NCBI RefSeq assembly: GCF_004010195.1
Contig: NC_057719.1
Coordinates: forward strand, 27,075,623 to 27,139,622
DNA length: 64,000 nt
Direction of reading: 5' to 3'
DNA from: Chiloscyllium plagiosum
Lineage: Eukaryota
Shown here in pieces: positions 1-12,189 of this stretch. The first letter of the stretch is position 1. Every line of letters starts with the position of its first letter. Both the position numbers and the translations under genes were made by a program. The notes beneath the pieces are model-generated. The model had not been told where the DNA came from. It did not search any database and saw only the letters and a list, made by a program, of their open reading frames with translations.

Positions 1-132
1 GAATAGGAAAGGTTTGGAGAGATATGGGCCGGGTGCTGGCAGGTGGGACTAGATTGGGTTGGGATATCTGGTCGGCATGGACGGGTTGAACCGAAGGGTC
101 TGTTTCCGTGCTGTACATCTCTGACTCTATGA
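1..132 (+). mobile_element. 3' tail of a CR1 LINE (HER1-type)
   Basis: gggactagattgggttgggatatctggtcggcatggac...ccgaagggtctgtttccgtgctgtacatctctgactctatgac; the same tail ends the RT-encoding copies at ~28388, ~39856 and ~45141. Confidence 0.9.
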
Positions 133-337
133 CAATCAATACTGTAATCTTAAGTACAGTACTTACACGTTAGAAAATATATTTGAGTTGAGTATCTTCA
201 TTAAAATCAGCTGTATCTTTCAGGCAGCCCATGGTTGACCAGCACCTGCTATGAAGTTAGGTATAGTGATGGCTGCCTCTCTGCATTTTAATGCAGAGAG
301 CAGTTTTGTTGTGGTACTTCCATCTGTAATACTGTGA

Positions 338-676
338 GGCGGCACCATTGTTTAGTGGTTAACACTGCTGTCTCACAATGCCAGGGACCTGGATTCTATT
401 CCATCTTCAAGCAAATCTCTGCACAGAGTTTGAACAGTCTCACCGTATCTGCATGGGTTTCCTGCAGGTGCTCCAGTTACCTCCCACAATCTAAAGATAT
501 GCATGTCAGTTGAATTGGCCATGCTAAATTTCCCATAGTATCCAGGGCTAGATGGGTTAGCCATTAGAAATGCAGGGTTATTTGGATATTTAAAGGGGTG
601 GGATGCTCTTTAGAAGGTAGGTGTGGACTCGATGGGCCGAATAGCCTGCTTCCACACTGTAGGGATTCTATGATTC
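338..676 (+). mobile_element. HE1-type tRNA-derived V-SINE (diverged)
   Basis: tRNA-like head (tagtggttaacactgctg...ggattctattcc), central gggtttcc..ggtgctcc..ctcccaca domain and CR1-like tail; homologous to copies at 20493, 32640, 40176, 41638 and 56449. Confidence 0.85.
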
Positions 677-2081
677 ATCCTGCCTTAGAGATTTTCCAGC
701 CATTTTGATGGTCAGTGGTTCTGACAGGACTAGACGTGGCCACTGCCAGAACCACAGGCAGTTCCAATGCTATATTTCAGAAGCACCTTTACTTATTGTT
801 GTAGGACCATTTTCTTTGGTCCTATGATTCTGATCCAGATATCATTCGGCATACAATAACTTAGACACAGTTCCACTAAATGTGGTAAATCTTTATTAAA
901 CTGCAAATCAATAGTGCATCCAATGTGACACTGTTCATGGAGAAGTTCCATAAGCTATGGCATGCCTCACATAGTCAATCTAACATATCTCCAAGTGCTG
1001 CTTCAGAGTGGTTCCTCAACTGGACTACCCACTTCAGAAGCAAGTCCTTTTCAAAGACTTTCTTTATATCTTTTCCTTGTTATGACTACATACCATATAA
1101 GCTTATGCCTCTTTTTAGTTCACTCATTTGGTTTTCCATTACATTACTGTCCTGTTTGAAGGCCTATTTTTCATTCAGTTATAGGACATTGGTATCACTG
1201 GTTGGCCAGAATTTATTGCCCATTTCTGTACTTTCTGGGCCCAATTTCAAGGTCATACCTGAATCAGCAAAGACAGTTGTCAATACTGTTATCTCTAACA
1301 TTCACTGTCATACAAACAATGAGGCCATTTTTCTTTCACAGCTTTAACACAGTATTAAAATTGATCATTTGGCAGACTTTATTAAATCTGTGTCTTGACC
1401 AGGTTTCCCATCTTACCTTCCTGCTCGGAAACCCAAAATGCAGTTCTTCACCAATATCTCCTTCAACGTTCCATTCCATTACCATGAGGCAATATTAATG
1501 CACAGGCCTATTCCACAGCCAGTTTAATTTATTAAGATGAAAGGAAGATTAGAACAATTACCAGATTCAAAGTGATTAATATGACACAAGAGAAAATAAA
1601 GTGTTGGCTTTCAGAGCTAGTGTGTGTCAGAGAGCATGAGCTTATGCCTTCAAATCCATCAAATTTGTGAAACAATTAGAAATTTAATTACAAATCAAGC
1701 AAAGAGATAGGTGAGGCAAGATAGTGAGATAAACAATATTTTCAGGAGTATTATGGGTGGAAAATATATGTACAACATCTGAATCAGAAGCTAATCCAAA
1801 AGGAGTGGAATGAGGTAATTTTGTCATGGTTGTTTTTTAAAGGCTTTGCCAATGATATCACATTGTTGTTAATCATGGTGATCCACAATTCAGTAGCCAG
1901 TCAGTTGGACCTAGGTCTTGGCTTGAGTTAGAAGTTTTCTTCCTTCTTCAAAGTCTTTGAGTGTTACTGTTTTTATTCATGGAGAGAGGGAGAGAGATTT
2001 CACTTTCTGGCAGGCTTGAAGGTCTGAGTTCCAACTGCTTTGTCTCCTCCCAGTACTGTGGCACATTCTCACTTATAACCA

Positions 2082-2989
2082 CTTATAGTCACTTCCATGA
2101 CTACCTGGTCAGGTCCACGCCCCCCCCCCCCAATAACCCACCCTCCCGTCCTGGCACCTTCCCCTGCCACCGCAGGAATTGCAAAACCTGAGCCCACACC
2201 TCCTCCCTCACCTCCATCCAAGGCCCTAAAGGAGCCTTCTACATCCATCAAAGCTTTACCTGCACATCCACCGATATCATTTATTGTATCTGTGCTCCTG
2301 ATGCGGTCTCCTCTACATTGGGGAGACTGGACGCCTCCTAGCAGAGCGCTTTAGGGAACATCTCCGGGACACCCGTACCAATCAACCACACCATCTTGTG
2401 GCCCAACATTTCAACTCTCCCTCCCACTCAGCCGAGGACATGGAGGTGCTGGGCCTCCTTCACCGCCGCTCCCTCACCACCCGACGTCTGGAGAAAGAAC
2501 GCCTCATCTTCTGCCTCGGAACACTTCAACCCCAGGGCATCAATGTGGACTTCAACAGTTTCCTCATTTCCCCTCCCCCACCTCACCCCAGCTCCAAATT
2601 TCCAGCTCAGCACTGTCCCCATGACTTGTCCTACCTGCCTATCTTCTTTTCCACCTATCCACTCCACCCTCCTCTCTGACTTATCATCTTCATCCCCACC
2701 CCCATCCATCCATTGTACTCTTTGCTACCTTCCCCCACTCTCCTCCCCGACCTATCACCTTCACCCCACCCTCATTCACCTATTGTACTCTATGCTACTT
2801 TTTTCCCATCCCCACCCTCCTCTCATTTATCTCTCCACCCTTCAGGCACTCTGACTGTATTCCTGGTGAAGGGCTTTTGCCCGTAACGTCGATTTTCCTG
2901 CTCCTTGGATGCTGTCTGAACTGCTGTGCTTTACCAGCACCACTCTAATCTAGAATCTGGTTTCCAGCATCTGCAGTCATTGTTTTTAC
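2082..2989 (+). mobile_element. 5'-truncated Penelope-like element: GIY-YIG endonuclease remnant plus 3' pLTR
   Basis: Frameshifted IIYCI...LYIGETGR...RFREH...VAQHFNS...RRLEKERLIF motifs; degenerate HHR at 2863-2892; exact 14-bp TSD ctcacttataacca at 2068-2081 and 2990-3003. Confidence 0.9.
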
Positions 2990-4706
2990 CTCACTTATAA
3001 CCAACCCAATCCCTGTTGTTGAGCAGTTACATCTTTTTTCCAAAGTTACCTGCTGCCAGAACATAAGTATCTAATCCAGTTCCAACAAACTAATCATTTT
3101 TCTCTTTGAGTTGTTAAAACAACAAAGCTAGGAATTCAAGCTTCCATTTCCTTGGTTCATATTTCCAAATTAAAAAATATGCAAATACACAGCGCTGCTT
3201 GGGGTCCCCTGAGTTACTAGGCTTCCTTGATGGACAAAGTGGTGACTAACAGGCCAACTAATGATTAATTAGTCACCCACCTCTCTTCAACAGACAGCTA
3301 AATAGCTGCCATTCTCACTTCTCGAGATATTCTTTGGTGGTGGATGGATTTTACTCTTGATACCTTATGTTACATCCACCCATCTGGCTCATTTGTAATG
3401 CTGCAAAACAGCCACCCTGCAAAACAAAAATGGTGTAGCCTTGATATTTTTGTCTAGGGATGTGACTGTGTTTGGCAAGTATAGGTCTTGTCATCTGAAC
3501 ATGAGCATTTCTCTGCCTACGTTAGTACAGCTTGATTGCTGATTGCTTTTGTTCAGCTTCCAAGCAATTCTGTATGTTTATGTTTCAAAATTGCTTGGAG
3601 AAAATGTCTAAAATCTATATTGACTTCACTTGTTTTTAGTGTGATTTTTCAGAGGTAAAGAGAGTGCATGTATGAGAGAACAATAATAGACTAATTACAT
3701 AACTGTAGATTTTGTTTATATTATAAACTTCACAATGCATGTAGCAATGGGAGAGAATCATTCCTCTTCTGAATTTGAAATATATTCCTAGAAATATTTT
3801 GAAAGTGGATATTTGTGCCAGCTAACTTTGATGTTCTAATTACTAATAATAGTTAAAGTGATAAAATAAGTCTGATGGAGATGCAGTAATATAATGGGAC
3901 AGTTCGTACAAAATTCCTGAGTTTAGGAAGGCATGTCAGGGGTGAGGTAGGGGTCGAATTGTGAACGGATTGAGGAGGGTGTGCACTAGAGAGCACAGGA
4001 TGTAATTGTAATGTCCATTATATTAAACATTATAGGAATCAGAAGAGTTAGGATGGCACCTTGTAAATATCTTGCTGCAATTTTTCAGTTTTAAAATGGT
4101 AAAGGAATTTATATAAAACAAAGGCCACACTTGAAATGATAACCAGTGTCACAGATTGGATCTTGCAACATCTGTAAAATTAGTTCAGAGAACCAAACTA
4201 AAAACTAAATTACACCAGCACCGTATATCAAAAGCTCTAATTTTATCTATCGCATCCCTATTATAATAAAATAGCAAATTACCTAAGTATTACTGCAGAT
4301 TTGCAAGGATTCAGAAATATATCCAAAGCCCTTCAAATTGATAGATGATAGTTGACACCTTTCAGTCAATATAATATCTGGGAGGGTGGGGAGTGCCCTC
4401 ATTTTTATAGCTTTAATTTCCTTCCCTTTATATTTACTTCTGTCATGCACCATTTCCCAGCTCCAAGTGGGAAACTAATCTACACCTAGCTCCAGGCCAC
4501 TGGCATTTCTGATCAGGGAACTTGCAGTGATGTCTTTGCTCATTTCCCATGTTGGCTCACTTGCCTCAGCTTCGTATTTCCCTGCCACTCTTCATCAAAA
4601 ATAAGCAATTTGTCATGTGAATATACAATTACAATCAAATCTGCTACAATGAGCTCTGATTTAAAAATAATTAAATTCTGATTATTTTTCTCTAATTTTA
4701 TTTTAA

Positions 4707-5000
<294 letters not shown>

Positions 5001-5269
5001 TAATGTCAACATTTGGTCTTGAAATTAACTTTTACTACTTACTGCTTCACTGTAGGGTAACGCTCAAAGTTTAGACGATGGTGAAGATTTGTGTGTTATA
5101 TGTTGAATGTTACTTGTTGTTGAAGGGAAATCTCAGCCTGCAGAGAAATTGTTTGGAAGACCAACTTTCCAATTTTGAGGGTCAATATCCTCACAAACTG
5201 AGGAGATACTGTCCCAGTTGACAGCTCAGGATTTTCCAGCTGATGTCCTCCAGCTTCTATCTTACCATA

Positions 5270-6242
5270 ATGAGTTTGTTTTATTATCATGAGACTATCC
5301 ACACAGAGATCCCAGTAATGATCTGAGGATCTGGGTTTGCCTCCCACCATGGCAGATGGTAGAAGTTGGATTCAGTTAAAAATCTGGATGAACAGTCTAA
5401 TGGTGACTATGAAACCGTTGTTGATTGTCACAAAGACCATCTGGTCTGCTTATGTCCTTTTAGGAAGGAAACCACCATCCTTACCTGGTTATAGAGTCAT
5501 ATAGCAGGGAAACAGGCCCTTTGATCCATCCCTAGCAAGTTTCCCCAAACTAAACGATTCCCATTTCCCTGCATTTGGCCCATATCCCCCTAGACATTTC
5601 CTATTCATGTACATGTCCAAATGTCTTTTAAATATTGTAACTGTATATGCATCTTCCACTTCCTCTGGCAGTTTATTCACTTACAAACCACACTGTGTGT
5701 GAAAACATTGTCCCTCAGGTTCCTTTTAATTTTTCTCCTCTTACCTTAAAAATATGCCGTCTTGTTTTGAACTCCCCTACCCGAGGGAAAAGACCTTTGC
5801 TATGTAAGTTAACTATGCCCCTCATAATTTTATAAAGCTCTGTAAGTTCAGTCCTCAACCTCCACACTCCAGCGAAATAATTTCCAGTCTATTCAACCTC
5901 TCCTTATTACTCAAACCCTCCATTCCCATCAATGTCCTGGTAAATCTCTTCTGAACTCTCTTCAGTTTAATAATATCCTTAATATAGCAGAGAGAGCCCA
6001 ACTGCACACAGTACTCCAAAAGAAGCCTCACCAATGACCTGTACAACTTCAACAAGATGTCCCAACTCCGAAATTCAATGGTCTAAGCAATGAAAGCAAG
6101 CATGCCAAATGCCATCTTAACCACCCTGTCTACCTCCGGACCCACAGCAATGTAGTTGATTCTAAACTTTGGGAATTAGGGATGGGAAATAAATGCTGGC
6201 TTAACCAGAGATGCCATCATCCCATGAATGAATTTTTTAAAA
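5270..6242 (+). mobile_element. tRNA-headed SINE (second family) split by an antisense CR1 fragment
   Basis: 5270-5488 and 6135-6242 are the two halves of the element seen intact at 55893-56247. Confidence 0.75.
5489..6134 (-). mobile_element. CR1 LINE 3' fragment
   Basis: Minus-strand ORFs LYRSLVRLLLEYCVQ...KRVQKRFTR and NKLPEEVEDA...FKRHLD, typical CR1 ORF2 C-terminus, plus tail. Confidence 0.9.
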
Positions 6243-7565
6243 TTCCAGAATTTCAGGAAGGTAACTACACTTGTGGGCCACGGCCAGTAAGAGACAGTGC
6301 TTCTCCCTACAGTGACTTGCCCCCAATGCCAGAGAGTGAGTCTTGCTCACTGCTTAGAGAGGTTTACAAATATTTCCAATACTTAGCAATTTTCGAAGCC
6401 TATTATAGCCTAAGGGTGCAGACCAATATATAATTTTTTAAACACCATCATTGTTGAAGGGCCAGTAGATGTGTCTGAACTAGACTCCCACAACAGAGTC
6501 ACCATGAAGCTGTTATCATTTCCTGTAACATGAAAATGCCTCCCAAGTTTCCAATTCAGAGGAGAATTATCTATTAGCACAGAGAGATAAATACTAAGGG
6601 GTCCTCATGTAACACAGCTAATGTTTGGTAATGATGTCATGTTTTAAAGGTTAAATCCTGACTAAAATCTGCTCCAGTCATTAAATTTACGAATATATAC
6701 AGATATTTTCTTTCAATTTTCTACAATTTTACTTCTTTCATGGTATATGAACACAGCCAGTATTTGTTGTCCATCACTGATTTCCCCTGAGAAGATGATG
6801 GTTACTTTCTTAAATCATTACCTTCTGTATAATGTAGCTATACAGATAAAATAACAAAAAATAATTGGTGCCTGAAATATTTCCTTTGACTGAAAGAATG
6901 GACTGGAATTTAGTGTGTGATATGGAGGAATTATGTTAGTACTGGGGGATGGTAACCAAAGATAATTCAATTTCCCCAATTTGGTCATAGTTATTGTTCA
7001 ATGTTAGCATTTACACAATTATCTCACCAATTATACTGCTGTGGCATGGTTCTACTTATACATGTTAATGATCCATTTATGTCTTGAGGTAGTTACTGCC
7101 GATCTCAAATTAAAAATAAGGAGGAAATTAGAACAACTGTTAATTTGGATGATATTGAGTTGTCATATCAACAGAATAGGTCCTGTCAAGTTCCTGCTTT
7201 CTTCCAGTCATGCAAGGAAAGGTTGCTGAGTGAAAAGTGTTAGTTAAATATTTTTATCTGTATTCACAGTGTGCATGTATAATACACATCTTTTTCATTC
7301 TGTTTTAATTTTGCGGAATTGTTATGTTATTCTTAAAATGATATCCACATAGAATTTTTTTGACCTCATCATGCTCTTGCTCTTGCACTGTCACCTGACC
7401 TGGTTAAAGGAAAGCCATGTTACACAGGTTTTGTGGCACCCTATCCATTGTGTAGGGTTTCCAGTACAGTTTCAATCATAACAAAGCCTTAAATGTATTG
7501 CAATGTAAAAGACATACAAGAAGTTAAACTGACAGTCAATTGGTCATGCAGAACTTAAACATGGT

Positions 7566-7879
7566 TGAAAAATGACACACTCAATTGCATCTGTCTTGAA
7601 CTTATCAGGACAATTTGCAAGAATACCACTTCAAGTGGAAACCCAACATTTAAATTCTGCAAGAAAGGAGAGTGTTGATTAGTTGGTAGGTGGATTCTGA
7701 TTGGTTGTCATGGAGAATGCATAATTCCTCTACCAATCACAGTCCACTTCTCAACCAATCAACATTCACCTCTCTTGTTATATATAAATGTTGGTTTTTC
7801 CCTTGAATTGATGCTGTTGCCAATTGTCCCGAAAAGTGCAAGATGACAAGCTTTCACAGAATGTGTGTGTCTTTTTTCA
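7566..7879. repeat. Old fold-back (inverted-repeat) element of HHR family C
   Basis: Left arm gtcttgaacttatcaggacaatttgcaagaatacc...gattggt pairs imperfectly with right arm accaatc...ttgccaattgtcccgaaaagtgcaagatgac; homologous to 57426 and 58588. Confidence 0.7.
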
Positions 7880-9779
7880 GAAATGCTTAAAATAACTGAG
7901 TCAAGTGTGTGTCCAAAGTTCTAACAATTGTGAATCTATGTTTTAAGGTTCATTGCACAGAACATTTCTGAACTTTAAAAAAAAGATTTTTAAAGGCATT
8001 TTTTATGAGAAAATATATTAATTTAATCTGAAAATAGAGCAATATGCAGTTTTATCATTTGTGGTGTGTAAGCTTTTTTACACCTGTGTTTGAAACAAAT
8101 GAATAGCGAGAGTTCTGATACAGTTTTGTGTCAAGCATCATCAAGTCTTGCCACTCCAGTCAGAGAGAATAGTTGTGCTCAAAGCTGATTAGGCAGAAGG
8201 TTTTTTTTCATACCTTTAAAAGCTTTAAGTACAACTTTAATTATTGTTTGTCCCCTGAGGAACTGAGTCCACTGTACATTTTGACATATTTCGGTGGTGC
8301 AGAGTGAAGCACAGCTAAGGTGGCAGTTAGCTCTGTACAATAGCATTCTCCATCCAGTCTGCCAACATGCTGAATCCAGACAAAGAGCCTTTTGTCAATT
8401 GAAATGCAAAGAAAGCAGCTGTCTAAGCACTCACAATGAATATTCTGCCTCCCCAACTCCTGACTGGAACCAAAACGGAGCTGCTGGCTCCAAATTAATC
8501 ATTAAGATGCAGACGAATCATTAGATTAATTGCTAAAGGGTCCATACCTACAATTTTAACTTGTCGGTTATCTACATTGATTCTAACTAATTTGCTGAGT
8601 GTTAACAGCATTTTCTGTTTTTTTTTGTTTATTTGCAACTTTCAAGTTTTATGCTATTTGTTTATCTTTTGGACTTAAAGTATCTCCACTTGGGGGGCTA
8701 CCATGATGATAAAGAGCTATGATGCATGACTGTTAAGCTACATGCAGTGAACTCCTCCACATGTGCCCTCACAATGTGAATATAGCAAAGGTGTTTGGCA
8801 GTTTCTGTGATGTGACTGCAGGTAACTGGTGCCTTGACAGCATCCTGCTTTTAAAATCAAGCCTTTGACGCTTGGCTGCTGAGAATGACTAATTGGTTGG
8901 TCATTGGTGAATGGATCCTGCTGCTGATTCAGTTTTAAATATCACTCAGTGTATCCCTGTGCTAGAGTTCTAATTGTCCTGGTTTCCAGATGTTTGAAAT
9001 AATCACATTTGAGATTGGATAGATGAGAGATCATTTTATTTAATACTTGCCATTTTGCCTTGTACAAAAGAACAGGCTTGTGCTGGTCCTGTAACTTTCT
9101 AGTGCTGCTTTGACTATGATTCCTGAATTATTTCCAATCTCTGTATGGATAATACGATTTATAACATTGCATCATTTTTTAAAAAGTAATGTCCAATCAG
9201 TGTAACTATTCCAGTCATGGATTTTATTAAATGTGGAGTTGGAAGAGGGAGACTTCATGTCATGGTCCATTTTGGAACCATGGTCCATTTTATTTGCGTT
9301 TGGAGTGATGTCCTCTGAGTAGAATTTCAAAACTTAAGTTGTAAATTAAAATGGAGAACCTTAATTGTAATCTATTCTGGACTGTTACGTGAGCCATACA
9401 CCAATTGGCAGAGGGTCACTTATTTTACAGAATTAAATTTATAATTAAAGAGTGGTGTGGCAAGAATGGGTTTCACTTCACGGAACACTGGCATCAGTAT
9501 TCAGGGAAGCATGCATAGCAATTGGTTCCTCTTGAACTTGCTGAGGCTAGTATCCTGGTCAATCATATATCTCAGGCTATGGACAGGAATTTAAATTAAC
9601 ATAGGATGCTTACCGTGAAGGGAGATTTCAGAATTCAAAGCAAAAGCTCAAAGTGTTAGATCCATATAGTGATGTGGGTAAAGGTAAGTAAAGTGAGACA
9701 GAAAAGAGATGAACAAAAAAATGTACATCAATGTATAAGGTCATTACAGGTAAGAAAGCTAAAAAGAAAAGTAATTGTA

Positions 9780-10900
9780 GATTCTTTAGCTAAATCCAAG
9801 AAGGATTTGCAATGAATTAAATAAACCAGTGACAAAACTAAAGGTAATGATTTAATTCCAATCACAATCACAGAGACATGGTTTCAAGGTGATCAAAGAT
9901 CGGAAATGAGCATTCCAAGCTAAATAGGATTGTGGAGAGACTGGCAGAATGGCAAAGGAGGCTGGATAATCCATTGCGGAAACGTTCCGCAATGTTTCAG
10001 AGAATACCTCTGGGACACCCGGACCAACCAACCCAACCACCCCGTGGCTCAACACTTCAACTCCCGCTCCCACTCCACCAAGGACATGCAGGTCCTTGGA
10101 CTCCTCCATCGCCAGACCATAGCAACACGACGGCTGGAGGAAGAGCGCCTCATCTTCCGCCTAGGAACCCTCCAACCACAAGGGATGAATTCAGATTTCT
10201 CCAGTTTTCTCATTTCCCCTCCCCCCACCTTGTCTCAGTCAAATCCCTCAAACTCAGCACCGCCCTCCTAACCTGCAATCTTCCTCCTGACCTCTCCGCC
10301 CCCACCCCCACTCCAGCCTATAGCATTCCCAATGCCCCTCCCCCAAGTCCCTCCTCCGTACCTTTTATCTTAGCCTGCTGGACACACTTTCCTCATTCCT
10401 GAAGAAGGGCTCATGCCCGAATCATCAATTCTCCTGCTACTTGGATGCTGCCTGACCTGCTGCGCTTTTCCAGCAACACATTATCAGCTCTGATCTACAG
10501 CATCTACAGTCCTCACTTTCTCCAGGAATATATATAGAAATATATACATTTGCTAATAATACAAAGCTATCTGGAAATGTAAGCAGTAGGAGGAAGGATA
10601 CAAAGAGGTTGGAGACAGATATTGACAGGTTAAGTGAATGGGCAACAAGATGACAGATGGATTATAATGCAGAGAATTGTGACGTTTTACACTTTGGTCA
10701 TAATTATAGTAATGCAGAATATTTATTAAGAGGTGTGAAATTTGATTTCAGAGAGACTTGGATGTGCTTGTGCAAGGAACACAGAAAGGCAGCATGCAGC
10801 TATGGTAAGCAGTCATATAATAATGTTAGCCTTTATTGCAAAGGTTTGGGCAATGGAAATAAAATAGTCTTATTCCAGTATTACAGTGTTTTGATGCGAA
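9780..10900 (+). mobile_element. Old degenerate CR1 LINE remnants (endonuclease and RT parts) flanking a PLE insertion
   Basis: ITETWFQGD-like sequence at ~9865; MDYNAENCDVLHFG at 10657. Confidence 0.7.
9972..10524 (+). mobile_element. 5'-truncated Penelope-like element (GIY-YIG C-terminus plus pLTR)
   Basis: FREYLWDTRTNQPNHPVAQHFNS...RRLEEERLIFRLGTLQPQGMN; degenerate HHR ctgaaga-agggctcatgccc-gaat-catc at ~10399-10427; ends gtcctcactttctcc. Confidence 0.88.
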
Positions 10901-10924
10901 CATTCAGAATATTGTCAGAACATT

Positions 10925-10955
10925 CTGAGGAAGAGTCACTGGACCCGAAAAGTTA
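10925..10955 (+). ncRNA. Minimal hammerhead ribozyme motif, family B (start of a ~140-bp pLTR-like repeat running to ~11060)
   Basis: CTGAGGA-A-GAGTC-ACTG-GACCC-GAAA-AGTTA; core boxes intact, helix II 4 of 5 pairs. Confidence 0.6.
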
Positions 10956-12189
10956 ACTCTGATTTCTCTCCACAGATTATGCCAGATCTGCTGAGTTTTT
11001 CCAGCACCTTCTGTTTTTGTCTCTGACTTATGGCGTCCAACAGTTCTCTCGCTTTTTATCAATCATTTCATGCTTTGTTCTGTGCACCTTTTCCCAATGA
11101 TTAGTCTTTGCAAACGTTGTGCAGATTGACCTATTTGAGGGACTTTTACTTCTATCTATGAATTCATGTGGCCACCCATGTTCCTGCACATCCTTTCCTC
11201 TGTTCAATTTATGTTGTTCAGTTGCTGCTGCCTTTCTCTTGCTTTAACTGAAGCATTGCCGTTTGAGCAGTCAGTGCCTTCATCTGTCTACTTGTGGCCT
11301 TGTGTGTCCTGGCAGTGTCCACAGCCAGAGATGTTGCGAGCTCAACCTGTTCAATAAGTGCTCTCTGTACTTAAGGGTATGCAGAACCACAAATTATTGA
11401 ATCTATCAATCTTTGAACTTTGACTTTTGTTTTCTAGCTACAATTTTCAGCCTTGTTAGAAAATTATCAATAGGCTAATATATTCCCATCTGACCTAAAG
11501 ATTCACACTAGTAGCTCTGATGAGTGGAGATTTGGCTGGAGATGAGTGGAGATTTTGTGTGAGTTCCTGCTGACCTCCTTCACAAGCTGCCAGCTGTTAA
11601 ACATATTTAGACTTGTTTTACCTACCCATGGGAGGATATAGCTGATCCTTTCTTCATTACCAGTGCATTTTATGAAGTTACTGAATGGCCACCTGTGGAT
11701 GCTTAAACTTCTTAAGTACATCTATGATATCATCAGCTTGCCAAATTATTTAGGGGTCCAGCTGTGCATTCATTACTGTGTCAATCGGCATCTCACTTCT
11801 CACGTTCACTCATTGCAAAGCTTTTCTTCAGATGCAGTGTGGCTCAGTTATCCAAATCAGTGTTAACTTAATCTAAAATGTTTACATTTGTTGAGTTCTA
11901 GCTGGCTTTTGGTTACCAGATGTTTGCAATAATTACACTCTTTATTTGATACTTGCTATGCTGCCTTGTATAAAATAACAGGTTAGGTTGGACCTGATGC
12001 CCACCATAACTCATTAGTGCAGCTGTGAATGTTATCCCCTAGAGCACATAAACATTAATGCCTATTTTGGAGATAAGATACCAATATATAACACTTTGGG
12101 CTAAATTCTACATTATTTCACTGAGTCTGTCTTTTTTGTTTTTTTCTGCTGTGAGGCCCAATGTGTTTTCTTGCCATATTTTATCCAAC

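Noticed and set aside
925..1498. Overlapping 140-aa and 98-aa ORFs
   Set aside because: No recognisable domain or splice context; probably a chance frame in AT-rich or decayed repeat sequence.
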